64,000 nucleotides of DNA, from the NCBI GenBank assembly GCA_964491435.1, contig CAZBGE010000003.1:3644-67643 (forward strand), given 5' to 3'. The DNA is from an uncultured Smithella sp. (lineage in GTDB: Bacteria; Desulfobacterota; Syntrophia; Syntrophales; Smithellaceae). Numbering within the stretch: the stretch's first letter is position 1; every line of letters starts with the position of its first letter. Positions 38,808 through 46,582 of the stretch are shown here, piece after piece. The notes under the pieces are model-generated. The model ran no database searches, was not told the origin of the DNA, and worked only from the letters and a program-made list of their open reading frames with translations. A program made the position numbers and the translations under genes.

Positions 38808-40652
38808 TCAGTACCTGTCGAATTCCGTATCCAGATGCTCTTCGCTGTCTGTCATGTTCAGGTGAATGCCGGAGCTTTCCTGCTTTGCCGCCTGCGGTGA
38901 ATGATGCTTCCCCGTCGCCGTGAACAGCCTGGCGTGGCCGGGATGTCCTTTGGGTGCGGGGTTGCCCTTCAATAGCTTTAAGGTTGCGGCCGCGGCGAAT
39001 TTATGATGGGCGGCCCCTCCGTCGCCTTGATCCGTTTCCTCGATTTTAAAGAAGGCGACGGATTCCTGCAGTTGCTGAGCCTGGCTCGACAGCTCCTCCG
39101 CGGTTGAGGATAATTCTTCGGAAGCGGATGCATTTTGTTGAATCACTTGATCGAGTTGTTGAATGGCTTTGTTGATTTGTTCGGCTCCGGCATCCTGTTC
39201 TTTGCTGGCGGCGCTGATTTCCTGGACAAGGTCCGCGGTTTTTTGAATGTCCGGCACCATTCTGTCCAGCATTTGGCCTGCCTGTTCGGCAATCAGGACG
39301 CTGCTGGCGGACAACTTGTTGATTTCCCCGGCCGCCGTCTGACTGCGCTCCGCAAGTTTGCGGACTTCCGAGGCGACGACGGCGAAACCTTTGCCGTGGT
39401 CGCCTGCCCGGGCCGCTTCGATGGCGGCGTTCAGCGCCAGCAGATTGGTTTGGCGCGCGATTTCTTCAATGATGGAAATCTTGCCGGCGATTTCCTTCAT
39501 GGCTTTTACGGTATCCCCGACGGCCTTGCCGCCCTCCTTGGCGTCCTGCGCCGACTTGATGGCGATTTTTTCAGTCTGCTGGGCGTTATCGGCATTCTGC
39601 TTGATGTTGGAAATCATCTGCTCCATGGAGGAGGAAACTTCTTCCGCCGACGCGGCCTGTTCCGTCGCCCCTTGCGACATTTCAACGGAGGATGAACTCA
39701 ATTGCTCTGAGCCCGACGCCACATTGTTCGCCGCCGATTTGACATCATGAAAAACGTTCCGGAGCCTGGTGACCATGTTCAGCATGCTGACGGCCGCCAG
39801 ATCTTTTTCGGAATGGGGCTTGATCTCCACGGTTAAATCCCCGTCGGCGATCCGCGCGACCGATTGCGCCGACTGCCGGATGTTTTCGATCATATCACGA
39901 AAAGCCTGCGCCAGCATGCCGATTTCATCCTTGGAATTGACATCCACCTGAACGTCAATATCGCCGGTCGCAAGTTTCTTGGACACGGCGACCATTTTAT
40001 TGACGGGAACGGTAATGCTGCGCGTCACTAAAAAGGCGAGGAGCAGACTTCCCAAGACAACCAGAATGATGACGCCGCCGATGATGTAAGTGACCTTGGC
40101 CAGATCTTTCTGGACGTCATCGATATAAATTCCCGAACCGATGATCCATCCCCAGGGTTTATAGAGGGCGATATAGGAGATTTTATCAGAGGGGATGGTT
40201 TCTCCCGCTTTCGGCCATTGATATTCCACCATGCCTTCTCCTTTTTCCCTGGCCACATTGACAAATTCCATGAAAAATCTTTTTCCAGTCGGATCTTTCT
40301 TATCCGAGACATCCACGCCGTTTAATTCCGGATTGAAGGGATGCATGATCATTCTGGGCGTCAAATCATTAATCCAGAAATATTCATTCTTGTCGTAACG
40401 CAGATTTTGTACGTCCCGGAGGGCCAGTTTTTGCGCGTCAGCCAGTTTCATGGCGCCTTTTTTCACGCTTTCGTCGTATTGAGCCACAAGACTGTATGCC
40501 ACATGTACGACGTGCTTTGTCGCCAGCATTTTTTCCTGGTAAACACGTTCCCGGAATTGCAGAAAAGTCCACGCCAGCACCAATGAAAAGCACAGTAAAA
40601 TGATGGTTACCTGTAAAATCAGCTTTGTTGATAATTTCAGTCTTGATAGCAT
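38808..40652 (-). CDS. Methyl-accepting chemotaxis protein with a single-Cache-type periplasmic sensor and HAMP
   Basis: 614 aa.
- TM1, a Cache-like domain ([15 protein letters not shown]...YQWPK...[10 protein letters not shown]) and TM2.
- HAMP domain.
- Signalling tip [40 protein letters not shown].
- No C-terminal NWETF-type pentapeptide. Confidence 0.92.
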   Translation of the reverse strand: MLSRLKLSTKLILQVTIILLCFSLVLAWTFLQFRERVYQEKMLATKHVVHVAYSLVAQYDESVKKGAMKLADAQKLALRDVQNLRYDKNEYFWINDLTPRMIMHPFNPELNGVDVSDKKDPTGKRFFMEFVNVAREKGEGMVEYQWPKAGETIPSDKISYIALYKPWGWIIGSGIYIDDVQKDLAKVTYIIGGVIILVVLGSLLLAFLVTRSITVPVNKMVAVSKKLATGDIDVQVDVNSKDEIGMLAQAFRDMIENIRQSAQSVARIADGDLTVEIKPHSEKDLAAVSMLNMVTRLRNVFHDVKSAANNVASGSEQLSSSSVEMSQGATEQAASAEEVSSSMEQMISNIKQNADNAQQTEKIAIKSAQDAKEGGKAVGDTVKAMKEIAGKISIIEEIARQTNLLALNAAIEAARAGDHGKGFAVVASEVRKLAERSQTAAGEINKLSASSVLIAEQAGQMLDRMVPDIQKTADLVQEISAASKEQDAGAEQINKAIQQLDQVIQQNASASEELSSTAEELSSQAQQLQESVAFFKIEETDQGDGGAAHHKFAAAATLKLLKGNPAPKGHPGHARLFTATGKHHSPQAAKQESSGIHLNMTDSEEHLDTEFDRY

Positions 40653-40769
40653 ATTTTAAGGCTCCTTTATTTTATTTGGCCATGTTGGATCAATATGGCC
40701 ATTTGCGTTCATCCGGCATTTTCATGTTTCCGCGAATCGGGAGATGCTTCCCGTGTAAAAAAGCGCTTT

Positions 40770-42854
40770 TTAATGCTGACGGGCTTTCCCGGCGGCCTGT
40801 TGCGTCAATTGCGGGATGTCAATGATCAGGGCGACCGTTCCGTCTCCAAGGATGGTGGCGCCTGATAATTCCCTGGTGTGCCGGTAGAATTTGCCCAGAT
40901 TCTTGATTACCGTCTGATGTTCTCCGATGACCTGATCAACGGCCAGTCCGATCCGGTCGTCTCCCACGCGGTTAATGATGATCTGTTCAATATCCGGCGC
41001 TTTTCCGGGGATGGCGAAGCGCTCGCGAAGCGGAATGTAAGGCACCATTTCCCCGCGAATTTGAATCAGGTGACGGCCGTGCGCTTTTTCGATGGCTGCG
41101 CGGGTCAGCTCCACGCATTCTTCAATGGCGGCCAGCGGAATGACAAAGAAGGATTCTCCGGTTTTGACAAGCAATCCGTCGATGATCGCCAGCGTCAGCG
41201 GAAGTTTGAGGGTGAAGGTCGCGCCCTGTTCCGGCTGGCTGACAATATCGATTGCGCCGCCAAGGGAATCGATGCTTCTTTTCACGACGTCCATGCCGAC
41301 GCCCCGGCCTGAAACGCTGGTAACGGTTTTGGCGAGCGAAAACCCGGGAGAAAAAATAAGCGCGAGGATTTCCTTTTCTGATAGATTAGCGTCACCGGCG
41401 ATGATGTTTTTGTCCAATGCTTTACGGCGAACCGCTTCGGCGTCGATGCCCGCTCCGTCATCGGAAATATGGATTAAAACGTGTGAACCGGAATGTTCGG
41501 CAATGAGCCGCACCGTGCCGGCCGCCGGTTTTCCCTTGCCGCGCCGGACATCGGGCGCTTCGATGCCATGATCGACGCTGTTGCGAATCAAATGCACCAG
41601 CGGATCATTTAGTTTTTCAATAACGGTTTTGTCCAGTTCCGTTTCGCCGCCCTTGGTGACAAGGTTGATTTCCTTGCCCAGTTCCGCCGCAAGATCATGA
41701 ACCAGTCTTTTAAATTTGCTGAACGTGTTGCCGATGGGCAGCATGCGGATACTCATGGTGTTGTCACGCAATTCGGCAACCAGCCGTTCCACTTCCTCCG
41801 CCACCAGCAGAAGGTCCGTATTATGCGCGCCGGATGATATCTGGGACAAACGAGACTGGATGGTGACCATTTCTCCGACCAGATTGACGAGCGCGTCCAG
41901 CCTCTGGGCCGGCACGCGGATGGTTGCCGATATGTCCGCGTTGCGACGCATTTCCCGGACTTCCCTGATGTGTTGCTGTTCCGCCAGCGCCGCATGAATC
42001 TTATCCGGAGCGACGATTCCCGATTCCACCAGCAGCTCGCCGAATTTTTTATGGCTGCTTAACGCCTGATTAACGTCGTCCTGGCCGAGATAGCCTCTTT
42101 CGACGAGGATTTCACCCAGCTTTTTGTATTCAGGGGAGGATTTTTCCCTTCCTTCATCGATTACTTCAATTTTCAACAGGCTTTCATCTTCGACAAAAAT
42201 GAAAACATCACGGATGGCGTTGATGCTCTGGCTGGTAGTTAAAATAATATCCCAGTAAGTATAACAAGCTTCCGGATCCATTTCGTGGAGGAGGGGAATG
42301 TTGTCCGTCTGGGCAATGATGATGCATTCTCCAAGTTCCCGCAGCTCCCGCAGCAGCAGGGATGGTTTGGCGCCGCTGCTGAAGATATTGCTCGCCGGCG
42401 CAAAGCGGATCCGGTAAACGATCAGACGGCCGGTGTCGGGAGTTTCTTTCCTCCGATCTTTTCGCGCCGCCGGCGTTTTTTCTTCCGTTACGGGAATAAA
42501 TTCTTTAAAGGCCGCCGTCTGTGCTTCAATGTTATGGCGATCGATTTCTTCCCTGCCTTCCACCATTTTTCGAATCTGGTCGCAGGCGGTCAGGGTCAGA
42601 CCGACCAGCGCTTTGTCCGCGACAATTTTTTTGTTTCTCAGCAGGTCATAGACTGTTTCAATATCATGGGTGAATGAGGCGACCTCGTCAAATCCAAACA
42701 TGGCGCCTGAACCCTTGATCGTATGCATGGAACGGAAGATGCCTGCAATCAGCTCGGCGTCCTCCGGGTTTTTTTCCAGCGCCAGCAGGGAGCTTTCCAA
42801 TTCCGTCAGCAGTTCAAAAGCCTCTTCTTTAAATGCATCCGCATGCGGGTCCAT
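40770..42854 (-). CDS. cheA: Chemotaxis histidine kinase
   Basis: 694 aa. P1 Hpt (SMHTIKGSGAMFGF), P3/P4 (HLIRNSVDHGIE, DDGAGID, GRGVGMDVV) and P5 CheW-like domains. The start overlaps the cheY stop (TAATG). Confidence 0.95.
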   Translation of the reverse strand: MDPHADAFKEEAFELLTELESSLLALEKNPEDAELIAGIFRSMHTIKGSGAMFGFDEVASFTHDIETVYDLLRNKKIVADKALVGLTLTACDQIRKMVEGREEIDRHNIEAQTAAFKEFIPVTEEKTPAARKDRRKETPDTGRLIVYRIRFAPASNIFSSGAKPSLLLRELRELGECIIIAQTDNIPLLHEMDPEACYTYWDIILTTSQSINAIRDVFIFVEDESLLKIEVIDEGREKSSPEYKKLGEILVERGYLGQDDVNQALSSHKKFGELLVESGIVAPDKIHAALAEQQHIREVREMRRNADISATIRVPAQRLDALVNLVGEMVTIQSRLSQISSGAHNTDLLLVAEEVERLVAELRDNTMSIRMLPIGNTFSKFKRLVHDLAAELGKEINLVTKGGETELDKTVIEKLNDPLVHLIRNSVDHGIEAPDVRRGKGKPAAGTVRLIAEHSGSHVLIHISDDGAGIDAEAVRRKALDKNIIAGDANLSEKEILALIFSPGFSLAKTVTSVSGRGVGMDVVKRSIDSLGGAIDIVSQPEQGATFTLKLPLTLAIIDGLLVKTGESFFVIPLAAIEECVELTRAAIEKAHGRHLIQIRGEMVPYIPLRERFAIPGKAPDIEQIIINRVGDDRIGLAVDQVIGEHQTVIKNLGKFYRHTRELSGATILGDGTVALIIDIPQLTQQAAGKARQH

Positions 42855-43219
42855 TATCCCAGCACCTTTCTGACAACCGCCAAGAGCTGATCCGGCTTAA
42901 ACGGTTTCACAATCCAGCCGGTTGCGCCGGCTTGTTTGCCTTCCTGTTTTTTTTCGATCTGAGATTCCGTCGTCAGCATGACAATGGGGATGAATTTATA
43001 AACCGCCTGCGCCCGCACGCCTTTGATCAGACCGATGCCGTCCAGCCTGGGCATGTTCAAATCGGTGATAATCATGTGGATGGCGGTGCCCGTCATCCTG
43101 TTTAATGCATCCTGGCCGTCGCACGCCTCCAGAACTTCAAAACCTGCTTGTTTCAGGGTGAAGGAAACCATCTGTCTTACTGATGCGGAATCATCCACCG
43201 TCATAATTACTTTGCCCAT
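42854..43219 (-). CDS. cheY: Chemotaxis response regulator
   Basis: 121 aa, canonical receiver (VIMTVDDSASVR...MIITDLNMPRLDG...MLTTES...WIVKPF). Confidence 0.93.
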   Translation of the reverse strand: MGKVIMTVDDSASVRQMVSFTLKQAGFEVLEACDGQDALNRMTGTAIHMIITDLNMPRLDGIGLIKGVRAQAVYKFIPIVMLTTESQIEKKQEGKQAGATGWIVKPFKPDQLLAVVRKVLG

Positions 43220-43284
43220 TTTCTTTTCCTTCTGAAAAGATCTACGTCAGTTTTGCTCCTCCGGAACGAAGGGGCGCTACAACA

Positions 43285-43623
43285 CTATCTTCTCACCCAT
43301 AAACATGTTTTTCCGGCGTCGAGGCTGCAGCCGCTTTGCCGGGAATATCCGTTGTCATCCATGGCTTGCTGGAAGACTTTTGGCGGCCCTCCGGCCAGTT
43401 TCAATGTTTTGCCCGTTTTCATTGCCGTCCGGTGGGCCGCGCAGAGGATCTGTAAAAAAGACAGGTCGATTTCCGTAACGTCTTCCATATCAATATCCAG
43501 GCTGCGCACCGTGTCCAGTGCATTCTTCAGGCTGTCTTGCAGCGGCCGGATGTGGTCCAGGGTAAGTTCTCCCTGTAATACCAGTTTTCCCAGGTCATCA
43601 TCGTTTTTTTGCAGGAAAGTCAT
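43285..43623 (-). CDS. STAS-domain protein (divergent; phospho-serine loop not conserved)
   Basis: 112 aa with a STAS-like pattern (LVLQGELTLDHIRPLQDSL...IDMEDVTEIDLSFLQIL...LKLAG). The loop reads IDLSFL instead of DSSGLG. Confidence 0.72.
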   Translation of the reverse strand: MTFLQKNDDDLGKLVLQGELTLDHIRPLQDSLKNALDTVRSLDIDMEDVTEIDLSFLQILCAAHRTAMKTGKTLKLAGGPPKVFQQAMDDNGYSRQSGCSLDAGKTCLWVRR

Positions 43624-44009
43624 TGGAGCGCCTCATTCGTACACATTTTTTCTTTCATCTTAATTAAGACGGATGCGACATCCAGAAAATCGCTGTCGGC
43701 GAAAGTGATAAACCTGGGCCGCAAGTGGTGTCCCAGAGAAATGGTTTCCGCGTCCTTATCCTTCAGGATCAAGATAATACTTGTGTCTTCAAGCAGTTTT
43801 TGAATGGAAAAAAGACTCTGCAGTCTTGTTTTGCCGACATGTAAAATGACGGCGAGTGACAGTTTATGGCTGGATGTCCGCAGATTTTTTTCAAGCTCTT
43901 TCACCGATTTGATATATTTAATGTTTTTTTTCGGCAGCATGTACTGCAACACCCTTTGAAGCCGCTTCCGGGTGTCGCTTTTCATGTCGGAGAGAAAAAA
44001 AACGTTCAT
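43620..44009 (-). CDS. Hypothetical protein with a receiver-like alternating beta/alpha pattern but no phospho-acceptor Asp
   Basis: The ORF is open to 44081. I chose ATG 44009 (MNVFFLSD...) because it has an AGGAG RBS 9 nt upstream. Its stop overlaps the STAS start by 4 nt. The fold assignment is inference from the hydrophobic periodicity. Confidence 0.5.
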   Translation of the reverse strand: MNVFFLSDMKSDTRKRLQRVLQYMLPKKNIKYIKSVKELEKNLRTSSHKLSLAVILHVGKTRLQSLFSIQKLLEDTSIILILKDKDAETISLGHHLRPRFITFADSDFLDVASVLIKMKEKMCTNEALQ

Positions 44010-44272
44010 GGAATCTTTCTCCTCAATTGAAGACCAATACAAATGTTTCATGCCGACAGAGTGCTGCAATAACGACGCCATTTTGTAAGACGAGCTGCAT
44101 TTGAGTCGTAAGATATTGAATTAGTTGTTATTCACATGTGTTGTGGTGTGTTCGTCTTCCTGCCTGAGGCGCTTTTCCGCGGACTGATTTTCTTGCGCCT
44201 TGAGAAATAATTGTTGTTGGGCAAGAAGAAATACCGGTCAGGAGTTGTTTTACTGCAACGAAGGAATTATTC

Positions 44273-44283
44273 CCGCGATGATG
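44273..44283. promoter_or_regulatory. GGAATTATTCC palindrome, candidate enhancer (UAS) site about 130 nt upstream of the 44406 sigma-54 promoter
   Basis: Read directly. A second GGAATTAT copy lies at 44293-44300. A near-identical GGAATATTTCC occupies the equivalent position upstream of the second sigma-54 promoter. Confidence 0.3.
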
Positions 44284-44405
44284 GAATTATGCGGCGCGCG
44301 GAACATAAGCATTTGCCGGGATCAAACCGGTTTTCGTGAAGCATAGAAAATGTATTCCATCGTAATAATGCCGCTTTTTTTAATGGCGGGAAATGTTGTT
44401 GCTTC

Positions 44406-44421
44406 TGGCATGGTCAATGCT
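44406..44421 (+). promoter_or_regulatory. Candidate sigma-54 (-24/-12) promoter TGGCATggtcaATGCT
   Basis: The GG and GC are separated exactly as in the TGGCAC-N5-TTGC consensus. It lies about 70 nt upstream of ATG 44490 and next to a sigma-54 activator gene. Confidence 0.6.
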
Positions 44422-44489
44422 TTTTCCTGTATAGCTGCAAACAAATACATCAGCCGGGAATTGCATCGTTGAATAAGGAATGGAATCCG

Positions 44490-44732
44490 ATGATTTCTAT
44501 CGTATGTGATGTCTGTGGTTGTGAGGGAAAAGCGGGAAATCTGTTCGTGCATCATAAATCGGACGCATCTTTATTGTTTTTGCATTTGGGACATGATCCT
44601 TACCGTTGCAGAATGCACTATCGCTGCCCATTCTGCGGATCTTTGCTTTCCGTTGATCCGATGGACATGTTGCAGGGCTTTCGCGCCAGGGGAATTCATT
44701 GTCCGCGCAAACTCAAGCTTTGCCGGGGATGA
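44490..44732 (+). CDS. Small Cys-rich (zinc-ribbon-like) hypothetical protein
   Basis: 80 aa from ATG 44490 (AAGGAA RBS). Contains CDVCGC...CPFCG...HCPRKLKLC. Support is the ORF, the RBS and the upstream sigma-54 promoter only. Confidence 0.45.
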   Translation: MISIVCDVCGCEGKAGNLFVHHKSDASLLFLHLGHDPYRCRMHYRCPFCGSLLSVDPMDMLQGFRARGIHCPRKLKLCRG

Positions 44733-44790
44733 AATATGCCGGTTCAATGCAGGCGTTTTGTTCCGGCGGACGAAAAGCCATGACGGGCCG

Positions 44791-46200
44791 TTACGAAAAT
44801 TTAATATGATATTTTTTCAGTAGTGAATACAGCCGGGATTGGGAGAGGCCAGAAATGACGCAGGCCTTGTCGATATTATTTCCGGATACTACTTTCAGCT
44901 CATGCAAATAGTCTTTCTCGGCGCTGCGGACGGCGGCCTCCCGGACTTCTTGAAGGCTGGCGCGGACGGAACTTTGGGAAGGCGCCTCATTTTTCTGATC
45001 TGCCGGCTGCTCAACGTTTCTGCTCAGATTTGATTGCGAGAGTCTGATGCGGATGTGATCGGGCAAGTCGATGGGAAATAAGACGGAACGGTTTTTCGCC
45101 ATGAGGATGGACTGTTCAACGGCGCTGAAGAGCTCCCGGACATTGCCGGGCCAGTCATAGGCCTTGAGCGCCTGCAAAAAGTCGGAAGACGGATTCATCA
45201 TTTTTGTGCCGTGGCGTTCGAAATTAATGCCGATTTTATAGGTGACCAGCTCCTCGATATCATCCATGCGCTCTCTTAAGGGTTTCAGTTGAATGACGAA
45301 AGAACGGATGCGGAACAGAAGATCTTCGCGGAATTCGCCTGCCGCAACCATTTTGTCGAGATCGCGGTTTGTCGCCGCGACAAGGCGAAAATCACTGGAT
45401 AATTCATGTTTACTGCCCAGCGGCCGGAAACGATGCTCCTGCAGTACGCGCAGAAATGACTTCTGCACGGAATAGGGAAGCTCTCCAACTTCGTCGAGGA
45501 AAAGCGTGCCGCCGTCCGCCTGTTCGATCAAGCCTTCCCGCATCCGGTCTGCGCTGGTAAACGCTCCTTTCTCATGTCCGAACAGGATGCCTTCCACCAG
45601 TGTTTCCGTCAGGATGGTGCAATCCACAATGACAAAATTCCTGTGGGCGCGTGATGAATTCTGATGAATCGCCCAGGCGAACAGTTCTTTTCCCGTGCCT
45701 GTCTCTCCGGTGATCAGCACATTGGCATCGGATGGGGCGACCTGGCCCACCTGTCCCAGGCTATTTTTGATTCCCTGGCTTTTGCCGATAATCCCGTTCC
45801 TTTTCAGGGCTAACCGCTCTTCCGGCATTGTGGAGGCTTCCTTATATTGCAGGATTCTGAGCAGCGGCAAAACCATCAGATTAATGGTGGACGGCTTCTC
45901 AATATAATCCCAGGCGCCGTTCTTAATTGCCAGTTCTGCGCCTTTGTGGTCGCCCAGGCCGGTGATGATAATAACCTCGCCGGAAGGCAATGCTTTTCTA
46001 ATCGGAGGCAGGGCGTCAAGGCCGTTTCCGTCAGGCAGATGGACATCGAGATAGGCGACATCATAGGGTGAAGCCGATATCATTTTCATGCTTTCGTCTA
46101 TCGTCTGCGCGCAATCCACCTCATGCCCCATGGATTTGATTTTGCGGGACAGCATCTTGCACATGCCTTGATCATCATCAATGATCAGAATCCTTGCCAT
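44791..46200 (-). CDS. Sigma-54-dependent response regulator (NtrC family: REC-AAA+-Fis HTH)
   Basis: REC domain (ILIIDDD...AYLDVHLPDGNG), Walker A GETGTGKE, the GAFTGA-type loop GHEKGAFTSA, and a C-terminal HTH (ACVISGLSQSRLYSLLKKY). The start at ATG 46200 has a GGAGG RBS. Confidence 0.92.
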   Translation of the reverse strand: MARILIIDDDQGMCKMLSRKIKSMGHEVDCAQTIDESMKMISASPYDVAYLDVHLPDGNGLDALPPIRKALPSGEVIIITGLGDHKGAELAIKNGAWDYIEKPSTINLMVLPLLRILQYKEASTMPEERLALKRNGIIGKSQGIKNSLGQVGQVAPSDANVLITGETGTGKELFAWAIHQNSSRAHRNFVIVDCTILTETLVEGILFGHEKGAFTSADRMREGLIEQADGGTLFLDEVGELPYSVQKSFLRVLQEHRFRPLGSKHELSSDFRLVAATNRDLDKMVAAGEFREDLLFRIRSFVIQLKPLRERMDDIEELVTYKIGINFERHGTKMMNPSSDFLQALKAYDWPGNVRELFSAVEQSILMAKNRSVLFPIDLPDHIRIRLSQSNLSRNVEQPADQKNEAPSQSSVRASLQEVREAAVRSAEKDYLHELKVVSGNNIDKACVISGLSQSRLYSLLKKYHIKFS

Positions 46201-46326
46201 CTGGTTTAAATCCTCCGCCTGGTTCCTGATTTCATAATCAAAACTGACTATTATGAAAAAATATTTACACGCATGTTCCCGGAGAGTCAAGTCAATATCC
46301 TTGTTAATTCAGTGTCCTGCAATGCT

Positions 46327-46337
46327 GGAATATTTCC
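46327..46337. promoter_or_regulatory. GGAATATTTCC near-palindrome, candidate UAS about 135 nt upstream of the 46467 sigma-54 promoter
   Basis: Read directly. It has the same core and a similar distance to its promoter as the 44273 site. Confidence 0.3.
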
Positions 46338-46461
46338 TCGAAGATTGGAAAAATCAATATGAAGAAGAAAAATAATAGACGGCGGTACGGCTCAGGAACA
46401 GTCCGTCCTGTATATATTGATGCAATATCATTATATTTTTTTATTTTCTGCCATTTGTGAC

Positions 46462-46507
46462 GGTTATGGCATTTAAAATGCTTAAGTCCATCCTGGTTAT
46501 GGCATTT
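46462..46507. repeat. Direct repeat of GGTTATGGCATTT (46462-46474 and 46495-46507) flanked by inverted TGACGG/CCGTCA
   Basis: Read directly. The first copy contains the -24 element of the sigma-54 promoter. The second lies in the predicted 5' leader. Confidence 0.5.
46467..46482 (+). promoter_or_regulatory. Candidate sigma-54 (-24/-12) promoter TGGCATttaaaATGCT
   Basis: Correct GG-N10-GC spacing, with the same TGGCAT and ATGCT(T) elements as the 44406 promoter. It lies about 100 nt upstream of ATG 46583 and is divergent from the activator gene. Confidence 0.6.
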
Positions 46508-46582
46508 GCCGTCAATCAGTTGCGGCGGTTTGATATCAGTTGGCTGTCCGCAGCCTTTTTTACAGTCAGCAAAGGGTAAAAG

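Noticed and set aside
40653-40769. cheA-mcp spacer: repeated TGGCCAT motifs and a CGGGA-N6-TCCCG hairpin, considered as an internal sigma-54 promoter or attenuator
   Set aside because: No GG-N10-GC arrangement fits on the minus strand. The hairpin is short and lacks a U-tract. An internal sigma-70 promoter cannot be excluded, but it is not supported.
46500-46510. Second TGGCAT element (TGGCATTTGCC) as a third sigma-54 promoter
   Set aside because: The GG-to-GC spacing is wrong in both possible registers: too short from TGGCAT, and one nt too long from the upstream CTGG. I recorded it only as part of a direct repeat.
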